Shown here: positions 46,299-54,496 of the stretch, in pieces
How positions within the stretch are numbered: position 1 is the first letter of the stretch
Layout of the letters: each line of letters starts with the position of its first letter
NCBI GenBank assembly: GCA_011620605.1
Contig: WOYW01000005.1
Coordinates: forward strand, 32,232 to 96,231
DNA length: 64,000 bases
Direction of reading: 5' to 3'
From: Bacteroidales bacterium
Lineage (GTDB): Bacteria > Bacteroidota > Bacteroidia > Bacteroidales > UBA932
Translations under genes and position numbers: made by a program
Notes under the pieces: generated by a model
The model's input: only the letters and a program-made list of their open reading frames with translations
Databases searched by the model: none
What the model was told of the DNA's origin: nothing

Positions 46299-47493
46299 GA
46301 TTTTCGACTTTTAATTCAAAAAAAAGCTCCGAAAAATCGTAACGGGATAGTAATGGACAAATATAATGAAAAATACAATTAGAACAAATACCGTTGTCCC
46401 TTGATTTGTCCCATAGCGAAGCATGATAATCATTGATGGAATCCTTGACAAACGTCATAGGATTCCTGTACATATTGGCTACAGAAGCGTCATCGGCGGA
46501 TCCGCAAACATCTCCGTTTGGAAGCAAAAAAGTACGATAGAAGTAATGGTTGTTTACTATCCGTATACGTTCTTCATAAGGGATGGAAGCCGCTCCGCAA
46601 GCCAGTCCTTCCTGTAATAGAAACACGTTTTCTTTAAAAAAACCCGTATGATCGCCGGTATCAACTACCGATATGTAAAAAGACTCAACACTTAACTTTT
46701 TTACAAATTGGTGACAGGCTTCCAACTCTTCCCGATTTTTGATCACAAAATTGAACGTATAGCCGTCGCGTGGATCTATATGCATTTTCCTATCCAGGGG
46801 AAAGTCAACGATCACAACGGTATCTTTTGGATCCAGCATTTTTTTTGTATCACTGTCACAATTTTTGTAATAGATGTGATACCGGGATTTCACCGGTGAG
46901 GCATTCAGCAAGGAAACAATATCTTCAATATCCGGATGGAGTGTAATATCACCCCCGCAGACATTGATGATAAAGGAGTCGTATTTTGAAACATCATCCA
47001 AAATATCCTGGATCAGCTGAGGATCCATAAAACTTGTATCGCCCTGCTTGTGACAACACTTGAATTGCCTGAAATATACCGGGCACAGTGTGCAATCACG
47101 GGAACATTCGTTATCAATGAACAGAGTAATGTTGTTGCTGGATTTTCGGATCTCTCCTTTTGTGACCGAATGCATCCGGAAATGGTACGGTGTAAGGACA
47201 AGCGGCCTTTGCATCCCTTTATCAATCCGGGTCATTGTTCCCATTTGATGGTCGCAGACTTTATCAATAAATGCTTTCTCCTTTTGGTAATTTTCCGACT
47301 CCTCCGAAAGTTCCACTACCCCGAAAGCGGCAGGAACAAGCAATTCACTTATAAGCCGGGCTATAATCGGATCGCTGTTGGATATGATCGCATTCATATC
47401 CAGGGTATTGAGCAACAACACATTGGTATCCTTGACAACGGGATAAACATAGGGTTTTAAAGAGAACCAGTATATATCGGGAACATTTTTCAT
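46288..47493 (-). CDS. Radical SAM protein with an N-terminal extension and a C-terminal SPASM/twitch-like Cys cluster
   Basis: The CxxxCxxC triad is ECSRDCTLC, about 130 aa from the N-terminus. Further Cys residues are in FKCCH, and the C-terminal block is GICSNCIFHYICP. Confidence 0.7.
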   Translation of the reverse strand: MKNVPDIYWFSLKPYVYPVVKDTNVLLLNTLDMNAIISNSDPIIARLISELLVPAAFGVVELSEESENYQKEKAFIDKVCDHQMGTMTRIDKGMQRPLVLTPYHFRMHSVTKGEIRKSSNNITLFIDNECSRDCTLCPVYFRQFKCCHKQGDTSFMDPQLIQDILDDVSKYDSFIINVCGGDITLHPDIEDIVSLLNASPVKSRYHIYYKNCDSDTKKMLDPKDTVVIVDFPLDRKMHIDPRDGYTFNFVIKNREELEACHQFVKKLSVESFYISVVDTGDHTGFFKENVFLLQEGLACGAASIPYEERIRIVNNHYFYRTFLLPNGDVCGSADDASVANMYRNPMTFVKDSINDYHASLWDKSRDNGICSNCIFHYICPLLSRYDFSELFFELKVENHGT

Positions 47494-47571
47494 GGGATCG
47501 GTTACTGCATAGTTATAACTCTTCGGTATAATTTTATGCCGGACTGCAAAATCAAAAGGTACTAAAATGGA

Positions 47572-48018
47572 TTAAAGCGTATCCTCGGTTGGTTTCTTGT
47601 AAATAAAGGATCCCTGGTAAGACTTTTCGGGAGTTTCCACAATAACCGTATAGAGGCCCGGTTTTTCCATATCGGTTAACCGGTACACATTTACCACACC
47701 GTCTGTAGCAACAGCTTCTGTGATCTGGAATGATCCGTTGTCATTGATCACAATCAACTGGCACCTTACATCCGGAATGAAATAGCGCACACACATTTCT
47801 TTCTTTTCCAGATCTATCCAGACACCGGGTGCATCCTTATCACTTACTCCCTTGAAAAAATAAGCCGATGTGGAAAAGCGGGCAATACTTCTGGGCTTGG
47901 GTGTAGTGGGACCCTTTTCATTCATATCTACAATGATGCTGTGATTCTGGGCCATCATAGTCAAAGGAAAACTAAAAAAAAGTACTAATGTAAAAATAAA
48001 GATGTGTTGAGTCCTCAT
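47572..48018 (-). CDS. Small secreted protein (DUF3244-like)
   Basis: The start was set at the ATG at 48018 (MRTQHIFIFTLVLFFSFPLTMMAQ). A TATCTTTG -7 box lies at 48042-48049. The C-terminus GLYTVIVETPEKSYQGSFIYK resembles DUF3244. Confidence 0.5.
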   Translation of the reverse strand: MRTQHIFIFTLVLFFSFPLTMMAQNHSIIVDMNEKGPTTPKPRSIARFSTSAYFFKGVSDKDAPGVWIDLEKKEMCVRYFIPDVRCQLIVINDNGSFQITEAVATDGVVNVYRLTDMEKPGLYTVIVETPEKSYQGSFIYKKPTEDTL

Positions 48019-48198
48019 AGCTGCATATTTTGAATCATTACAAAGATAACGGTTTCTCAAGAAAACAACTACTAAAACAAATCAAAATATGGTCAGCATT
48101 GGTCTTTCAACTCCTTGATAATCAACATATAAAAAAAATAAAAAGTCAGCAAACGAAATAAATCTGTAATAGGCTGATTATTAAGTATTTATATTATG

Positions 48199-49929
48199 TT
48201 ATTGACTTTCAGCCATATACGTCTCATTTTGCATATGGCAATAATGTAAGCTTTCAGCTACATATTCATCCAGCGATACGTCCAGGCCTAGCTTTAAAGC
48301 CAGGCGTCTTTTGCGGGAATAGATGGATTTCCCGTTCCCGTGATTGTAGAAGACGCTCATTTCCGTGGCGGAAAAACCGCAACACAGCAATCCAATCAAA
48401 TTGATATCATCGTTATTCAGGTCCGGATGTTTTTCCATCAGATAATCAATAACCCCGTCGTATTTTGCGTTCACGACCTCGCTCAGATCGTCCAGAGCGC
48501 CTTCGCTCAGCCGGTTGATGTTCATGGTCTTGTTGAATTGCTTGACAAAGGCATCGGGCACTCCCCCGTAACGGTAAGATAGATCTATGAGTTCCCGGAT
48601 GGTCTGGATCCTTTTCTCCAGAACTTCTTTCAGTTGCGTTTCCACCATGTTCTGTTTGTCCAGTTTCTCCAACAGGGTATTATTGTACAGCGCCGATTCC
48701 GTTTTCAACTGTTCTATAAAGGAGATCTTCTCGTTGATGTCCTGGTGTTTACGGTCTATGATCACGCAAAATACAATGGTTACAATAACGGCTATCAGGC
48801 TTATGAGCACTATCATGTAATGGTTCATCCGGGAACGGTACTCCAGGCGCTGGTTTATGTTTTCCAGGCGCTGGTTGTTGTAACGTTGTTCGATCTCGTA
48901 CAGGTCCATTCGGCGGGATTCGTCTATGATGGAATCGGCCAGGCTACGGGACAATTCTGCATACTTAAGGGCTTCCTTGTAATTTTTTTCTGCCTTTAAA
49001 ATATCAACCAATGTCAACAGGTTCCTGTGATCGGAGCTGGATGTTTGATCCCGGTTGACCATATCATAATATATCCGGGCAGAATCTGCTTTTCCCATGC
49101 GTGAATAAGCGCGGCTAAGGCAATGATACGTTTCATCCGAAATAATGATGCTTCCATGGTTCTCAATTACATACAATGCGACATCCCGGGCATGTGGATA
49201 ATCTTCATCTATCAGGTATGTACTGGCCAATAGCGAATAATTGTGGAAAAGTGCCACGCTGTCTTCCATTTCACGGGCCAGGTTCAGGGCCATGTGCAAA
49301 TAGTGGTAGGCACTGTCCAATAGCGCTGTAGAACGGTAAGTTTGACCTAAAAGACTGGCAACAGAATATTCATTGTTCTTATGTCCAGCCAGACGAAAGT
49401 ATTCCATAGCCCGCTTGTACCGGTCAATATCTACCTCGTTTTCAATATACATATCTTGGTAAAGCCAGGCCATCTGGGAATTGATCAGTCCGGTAGTCAG
49501 GTAATCTTTGGTTTGCAAGGCAATTTTTTCCGCCTCGGCATAGATCTCCATGGCCTTTTGCGGGTCTTTCATTTCTTCCACACAAATCCCCTGATACAAT
49601 AATGATTTGGCGTATTTTTCATGGTCACGGCTTCCTCTATAATAATTAACGGCAATATTTATAAGGGAATCGTTGCGCAAGGGAATGTAATTTTTATGAC
49701 GTGCCTGGGTCAGTAATAAAGCGTAATAGGCCTTGTCACGGCGGGTACGGATGGCTCCTTCAGGTATGGATGTCAATACATTATATGCACTATCGGGCCG
49801 GAAATTCATCAAACTGTCCACCGAGGGAAGCAGGGTTGGATGTACGGAAGGAGCATTATGACATCCGGTCATGGTGAATAGGCCGGCCATAATGAACAGA
49901 AATATCAGTGGAATGAAGAGTTTTTTCAT
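48199..49929 (-). CDS. Membrane-spanning TPR-repeat regulator with a C-terminal LuxR-like HTH
   Basis: The lipobox is LFTMTGCHN. About 300 aa of TPR-like repeats are followed by one TM helix (MIVLISLIAVIVTIVFCVII), a coiled coil, and the HTH-like segment INLIGLLCCGFSATEMSVF...RKRRLALKLG. The ATG at 49929 was used. Confidence 0.6.
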   Translation of the reverse strand: MKKLFIPLIFLFIMAGLFTMTGCHNAPSVHPTLLPSVDSLMNFRPDSAYNVLTSIPEGAIRTRRDKAYYALLLTQARHKNYIPLRNDSLINIAVNYYRGSRDHEKYAKSLLYQGICVEEMKDPQKAMEIYAEAEKIALQTKDYLTTGLINSQMAWLYQDMYIENEVDIDRYKRAMEYFRLAGHKNNEYSVASLLGQTYRSTALLDSAYHYLHMALNLAREMEDSVALFHNYSLLASTYLIDEDYPHARDVALYVIENHGSIIISDETYHCLSRAYSRMGKADSARIYYDMVNRDQTSSSDHRNLLTLVDILKAEKNYKEALKYAELSRSLADSIIDESRRMDLYEIEQRYNNQRLENINQRLEYRSRMNHYMIVLISLIAVIVTIVFCVIIDRKHQDINEKISFIEQLKTESALYNNTLLEKLDKQNMVETQLKEVLEKRIQTIRELIDLSYRYGGVPDAFVKQFNKTMNINRLSEGALDDLSEVVNAKYDGVIDYLMEKHPDLNNDDINLIGLLCCGFSATEMSVFYNHGNGKSIYSRKRRLALKLGLDVSLDEYVAESLHYCHMQNETYMAESQ

Positions 49930-49977
49930 TGTCGCTTTTGAAGCCAATACTTTTGAAGCCAAATTGACAAATATAGA

Positions 49978-50015
49978 GCAAAAAAATAACGCAGGAAATT
50001 AATTTCTGCGTTATT
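49978..50015 (-). terminator. Rho-independent terminator, probably the original tRNA-Leu terminator before the island inserted
   Basis: A 10-bp stem (aataacgcag / ctgcgttatt) is followed by a T-run on the minus strand. It lies immediately outside the left direct repeat. Confidence 0.55.
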
Positions 50016-50030
50016 GTGCCCGGAACAGGA
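50016..50030. repeat. att direct repeat (left): duplicated 3' end of tRNA-Leu
   Basis: gtgcccggaacagga is identical to 57608-57622. Confidence 0.85.
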
Positions 50031-50262
50031 GTTCATTATGCAATATTAAGCACTTACGTAAATGCCTGATTACCAGTCCACCTCAACTTGTAACATGTTA
50101 TTTAGCAATGATTTGCCTTTGATATAAATTCCCCAAATTTTTTCAAATTTTTTACAACAAATTATATTAAGTCGGGGAAAAAAATTATAAATCCCCGACC
50201 AAATATTGTGAAATCCCCAACCTGTTTTATAACTTTGTATAGCACACAAAAACAATCTCATT

Positions 50263-51624
50263 ATGGCTACATTTACTTTAATACTTTCAAGTAAAGTAGA
50301 TTATCTAACAAGAAAAACGGAAATTTCCATTAGACTCCGACACGGAAAACACATTGACCAACAAGCCGGAACATTTATTTATGTACTCCCAGAATTCTTC
50401 TCAAAGGGTCATATTGTAACTAACCAAAGATTCATAACAAAAAAGGTAAAAGAAGCCCAGCACGCCAGATGGAATCTGGAGAACCTTATCAATCACATCA
50501 CTTCGAGATTTCAGGAGGAGGTTGTTAATGGCAAACTGCCCAGAAAATGGCTGTTTGATACCATAGACAAATACACTTTCCCGGAACAGTATGAAGTAAA
50601 AGAAGAAAAACTGAAAACTCCTTTTTTTGATCTGTTTTATGAATACATACATTCACAGAAATTCAGTCAGAGCCGAATCAATCATTATATGGTTCTTTAT
50701 CGTTGTCTAAAACGTTTTGAGCTATATAACTACCTCGACTTGGACATTGATACTTTTTCAAGTGAAAACCTCGAAAAGTTCAATTCCTTTTTGGCTAACG
50801 AATACGAAATGTTTGCTCCTGATAAAGATGGAATAATGCAGCCAAAACAGTCATACAAAAAGATCTACGAAACGTTCCGGGAACGAAGGATCCCCAAGAA
50901 AAGAGGCGATCACTATATTTCCGGTCTTGAAACCCTACTTAAGACTTTCTTCAACTGGTGTATCAAAAAAAATAAAACCACCAATAATCCATTCCATACT
51001 TATTCAATTAAATCCGTTGAATATGGAACGCCCTATTACTTGACACAGGAAGAACGGGACCAAATATACCACACTGATTTTACCGCAAATCCCAAAATGG
51101 AAATCCAACGGGATATTTTCATTTTCCAATGTTTAATCGGATGTCGTGTAAGTGACCTTCTGAGATTGATACCTGAGAATATTATAGTCAACGAATACGG
51201 AACAGCGATTGAGTATATGCCCCAAAAAACCAGGGAACAAAACGCGAAAGTGGTGAAAGTCTATTTAAATGAAACAGCCCTTCAAATAATCAATAAGTAC
51301 AAAACGCCTGAAAGAAAGAGTCTCCTTCCTTTCATATCCTCACAGAAATATAATGACAACATTAAGAAAATTTTGCACGACTGCGGGATCAATCGATTGG
51401 TAACAGTTCTTAATCCCACCACCGGAGAACCCGAACAGCGCTATATAGCAGACATAGCATCATCTCACATAGCACGACGTACATTTATTGGAAATCTTTA
51501 CAAAAAAGTCAAAGATCCAAACCTCGTCGGAAAGTTGTCCGGACATAAAGAAGGGAGCAAAGCATTTGTACGGTACAGGGATATCGATGATGAAATACTA
51601 AGCGACCTCACGAATCTAATATAA
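50263..51624 (+). CDS. Tyrosine-type site-specific integrase (Bacteroidota phage-integrase family)
   Basis: The 453-aa product has an arm-binding N-terminus. The catalytic blocks are GCRVSDLLRL, HIARRTFIGNLY and GHKEGSKAFVRY. Confidence 0.9.
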   Translation: MATFTLILSSKVDYLTRKTEISIRLRHGKHIDQQAGTFIYVLPEFFSKGHIVTNQRFITKKVKEAQHARWNLENLINHITSRFQEEVVNGKLPRKWLFDTIDKYTFPEQYEVKEEKLKTPFFDLFYEYIHSQKFSQSRINHYMVLYRCLKRFELYNYLDLDIDTFSSENLEKFNSFLANEYEMFAPDKDGIMQPKQSYKKIYETFRERRIPKKRGDHYISGLETLLKTFFNWCIKKNKTTNNPFHTYSIKSVEYGTPYYLTQEERDQIYHTDFTANPKMEIQRDIFIFQCLIGCRVSDLLRLIPENIIVNEYGTAIEYMPQKTREQNAKVVKVYLNETALQIINKYKTPERKSLLPFISSQKYNDNIKKILHDCGINRLVTVLNPTTGEPEQRYIADIASSHIARRTFIGNLYKKVKDPNLVGKLSGHKEGSKAFVRYRDIDDEILSDLTNLI

Positions 51625-52126
51625 TTTGCTGAAACACTAAAAGAAGAGAATGGTATAACTCAAACCTACCCCTATGTATGGGACCGGCTTGGATACCTAT
51701 CCCCCACCGTTGAGGTTTGTTGGGTTTCTGGTGGATGGTTGTTGAGGTGATGACTTGATGGGTGTTCCGGAATATGTGGATGCTGTCCAGTGCGGGACGA
51801 TAGCCGGAGATCCAGGCCCGGAAGTTTTCTTCCCGGTAGATCTTTTGTTCCCTGGGAAGGTTGAGGTAAACGGTGTCTTTTACCCGGATGGTGTCTGTTA
51901 CCGCAACCAGGAACGTGTCGATACTCCTGATGATTTTCGGGACCGGTTTCACGATGCGGATGGTATCATGAAGGTATAAGGTGTCCACCTGGACTATGAT
52001 CTCTGTACCCGTGTCATTTTTTTTATTGCACCGGTCAATGGTGATCAGGCCGATGACAGCCAACAGGAATACAATGAAAATGCCTCCGATACGGGCGTAT
52101 AATTTTATGTATTCTGCCGGGATCAT
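51608..52126 (-). CDS. Phage lysis-cassette membrane protein (spanin-like), possibly frameshifted near the 3' end
   Basis: The ATG at 52126 overlaps the endolysin stop in an ATGA. An N-terminal TM helix is present (IGGIFIVFLLAVIGLITI). An alternative frame after about 51690 reads ...PYIGVGLSYTILFF*, which looks like a more natural C-terminus. Confidence 0.45.
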   Translation of the reverse strand: MIPAEYIKLYARIGGIFIVFLLAVIGLITIDRCNKKNDTGTEIIVQVDTLYLHDTIRIVKPVPKIIRSIDTFLVAVTDTIRVKDTVYLNLPREQKIYREENFRAWISGYRPALDSIHIFRNTHQVITSTTIHQKPNKPQRWGIGIQAGPIHRGRFELYHSLLLVFQQIILDS

Positions 52127-52560
52127 AGGATTGCCTTCTTGTAGGATGGGTCGTACAAGACCTGGTGACGTTGGGGACCATGTGCCTTGAACGAAAGATG
52201 CAAATGCGACCGGTAAAGGATCATCTGATCGAAAGGCAGGCAGTGTCTGAGGACCACCTGTGCCAGGAACAAGGCTTCCAGGGCATCCTTGCAAAACAAA
52301 TCGGCGGCTTCTCCTTTCATGTGCTGGGAGCTGATGGATCCACCCACTGCCCTGTTTAATGCCGGGCACCGGTACCCGCTTGCCACCACCAGAGGCCGGT
52401 GCAGCTGATTCCTCAACGGTTGGAGCAGGTTCATGACCAGGATCCGCAGTGCAAAACGGATCTTGTCGGACGGGATCCGGTTGTCTATGCCGAGTTCTTT
52501 GGCTTTGCTGCTGCGCTCAAATTCCTCGTATTTAAAGTGATTGGATATGGGTGTGCTCAT
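52123..52560 (-). CDS. Peptidase M15 (D-Ala-D-Ala carboxypeptidase-like) endolysin
   Basis: The product contains FKYEEFERS and VVASGYRCPALNRAVGGSISSQHMKGEAADL. The ATG at 52560 overlaps the upstream stop in an ATGA. Confidence 0.8.
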   Translation of the reverse strand: MSTPISNHFKYEEFERSSKAKELGIDNRIPSDKIRFALRILVMNLLQPLRNQLHRPLVVASGYRCPALNRAVGGSISSQHMKGEAADLFCKDALEALFLAQVVLRHCLPFDQMILYRSHLHLSFKAHGPQRHQVLYDPSYKKAIL

Positions 52561-52937
52561 TGTTTTTCCTTTTTGTCCATAAACTGTTTTACCTCTTCCG
52601 TACTGCCGAACGGCGGCACCCGTCTGGTGCATTTGGTGACATAACAGCGCATCAGTTGGGATACGGCAAAATTGGTATTCACCCTATCGAGTTGGGTCCG
52701 CAAGTCCGTGTTTATATCATAGAGCTTGTCAATCTTGACGGTAGCCGCTTCATACTTTTTATTAAGCGCCAGGAAATCACGCTCCTTCTGTGCAACAATC
52801 AATTGCCATTGCTCGTTGACCTTTTCGGTGTTGGCCAGTTGGGCTGCCGCTTTCTTTTCCGTGATCAGAAACAAGGCAACAAACCCTCCGGTGCCAATCA
52901 ATGTGGCAATCAGTTGTATGATTAATTCAGGAGTCAT
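52557..52937 (-). CDS. Phage membrane/coiled-coil protein (possible holin or lysis regulator)
   Basis: The 126-aa product has an N-terminal TM helix (LIATLIGTGGFVALFLI) and is the first gene of the ATGA-coupled triplet. Confidence 0.4.
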   Translation of the reverse strand: MTPELIIQLIATLIGTGGFVALFLITEKKAAAQLANTEKVNEQWQLIVAQKERDFLALNKKYEAATVKIDKLYDINTDLRTQLDRVNTNFAVSQLMRCYVTKCTRRVPPFGSTEEVKQFMDKKEKQ

Positions 52938-53034
52938 ACCATGCAGCTTAAAAAGAAATCCCTGCTTTGTATCACTACAAGGCAGGGAGTGGTCAGATAA
53001 AGGCTAGGAGAAGAAAAAGAGTGGAAATTTCATG

Positions 53035-53292
53035 TTATACGCTAAGTGTAGCCAGGGCCATCATCTCGCCTGATTTCTCGCCGGTAGCGGTGTTGACATA
53101 AAACCATTTCACAAATACTTTCGGATTGGCTGCGTTCGGTGCCTCATACTTGGCATCGTAACCGGTTTTGAGATCAATGGCGGTTTCAACAGGAGTCAGC
53201 GGATCACCAATGACGGTTGCCTTGGCGTAGGCATCGCTGATCCCGTTGGACTGGGGCATGGATGCCTTGACAACCAGTTTGAGGTTGGTCAC
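53035..53292 (-). CDS. Hypothetical protein, probably the 3' fragment of a truncated phage gene
   Basis: The track start is a GTG. The open frame continues upstream to about 53376 without any ATG and ends at the junction with the RT remnant. A terminator-like hairpin follows at about 52957-52990. Confidence 0.3.
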   Translation of the reverse strand: MTNLKLVVKASMPQSNGISDAYAKATVIGDPLTPVETAIDLKTGYDAKYEAPNAANPKVFVKWFYVNTATGEKSGEMMALATLSV

Positions 53293-53392
53293 GTCAACGG
53301 GGATGCTGTCCAGGGTGATGGTGAAAGCACTGGCACTGAGGGACAGTGTATTTTCCTGATTTAGGTTGACTATTTTTAGCCTTTATCCCTAT

Positions 53393-53693
53393 GGAGCGAA
53401 TGAAGTGGTCAGTACGCTTAATGCCATAATGTGTTCCTTTTCCTATACGGCAACTGTAACTGTCATTGATAAAAGTCTTTTCAAGAAAGGGCGATATGTA
53501 GTTGTATATAAAATGGTGAATCACCCTGTCCCTGAAATCGGCAAGAGTAAACAGGATTGGTTTCCAGGTGCTTTTCAAAGGCAAGCGCATTTATGGTGTT
53601 GCGTTTGTTTTTTCGAGCTTCAAAATATGCCTGAAACAAATCCAGTGTGATTTTCTTTTTATTTACAGAGGGGAACAATTCCGGTTGTAACAT
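53393..53693 (-). pseudogene. DGR-type reverse transcriptase, 5' remnant only (internal deletion/frameshift and 3' truncation)
   Basis: Frame 1 from the ATG at 53693 reads MLQPELFP...LFQAYFEARKNKRNTINALAFEKHLETN. A second frame continues ILFTLADFRDRVIHHFIYNYISPFLEKTFINDSYSCRIGKGTHYGIKRTDHFIRS, comparable to the Bordetella Brt block ALEFKDRLVQHAL...YACRPDKGTHAG. The RT motifs beyond that point (including YxDD) are missing. Confidence 0.75.
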
Positions 53694-53758
53694 ATGTATT
53701 TCTATAAAAAAACAACCACGGAGATTGCTTTTCCGTGGTTGTAAAGTTTTCTTTTCAA

Positions 53759-53947
53759 ATCCCGTACACAACGAACAGAAAACCCGTTTCCCTTGTTGTT
53801 GTTGTTCCTGTTTACGTTGCTGTTACTGTTGTTCAGGTTCCGGTTCCAGGCGTTATTTGTATTGTTCTCAGTAGAACTCCACCAGTTGCCTTTGTTACCA
53901 ATGTTGTTGAATGTTCCATTGTTGTTACGGTAGCCACCCGGAATGGC
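53759..53947 (-). repeat. DGR template repeat (TR)
   Basis: A gap-free 189-nt match exists to 54503-54691. The coding strand is rich in AAC/AAT; the track ORF 53702-54001 reads NNNGTFNNIGNKGNWWSSTENNTNNAWNRNLNNSNSNVNRNNNNKGNG. Confidence 0.9.
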
Positions 53948-54119
53948 AGTAAAATTAACCACTTGCTTTGTTGACGCGGCATTTTCAGCCACTTCAATCA
54001 CTTATAGCTAACATTAACCTGCTTTGGGTATGACAGGAATTTATAATGCCAGCGGGTTACCGGATTTAAAATGCTCGCTCGGGCTAGCCCTGGCGTGCCC
54101 GACTCCGGCAGAAAACTTA

Positions 54120-54461
54120 TTATTCTTGACTTTTTTGCCACCCTGTTAATTGTTTTGACACATTCTCGACCACCTGGTTTATTTTAACAAACTTCTCAAG
54201 GCTTATTTGTTTCATGTCTTTCATAAGACGGATAAACAAACGAATAACTTCTATCTGCTCACGTGCCGTTTGTAATATTTCTGTCTTTTAGTATTTTGAA
54301 TTCGCACGGTAAATCAGCGTAAGTAATTCAATCGTCTCCTTTTTCAGGCTTTCACCCACTGTATATTTATACTCCCTGCTAAAGTCCCTGGTGAACTGAA
54401 AAATGGACAAAAGCAAATCGTACGTCGCCTTATAAACCGGAAGTTCATTATACTGACCCAA
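54120..54461 (-). pseudogene. avd: Avd (DGR accessory variability determinant, four-helix-bundle protein) with an in-frame TAA
   Basis: Own translation from the TTG at 54461 gives GQYNELPVYKATYDLLLSIFQFTRDFSREYKYTVGESLKKETIELLTLIYRANSKY*KTEILQTAREQIEVIRLFIRLMKDMKQISLEKFVKINQVVENVSKQLTGWQKSQE*. The premature stop is at 54288-54290. Confidence 0.75.
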
Positions 54462-54496
54462 AATTCACAATATCAAATAGACAAATAGTCTAATAG

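Noticed and set aside
53702-54001. A 99-aa Asn-rich ORF (NNNGTFNNIGNKGNWW...)
   Set aside because: This is the DGR template repeat read in the target-gene frame. It has no start context, and its Asn richness reflects the AAC-rich TR design. It is not a protein gene.
54288-54290. Possibility that the in-frame stop in avd is a recoding event
   Set aside because: The codon is TAA, not TGA or TAG, and no SECIS- or PYLIS-like context was seen. A nonsense mutation or a sequencing error is the simpler explanation.
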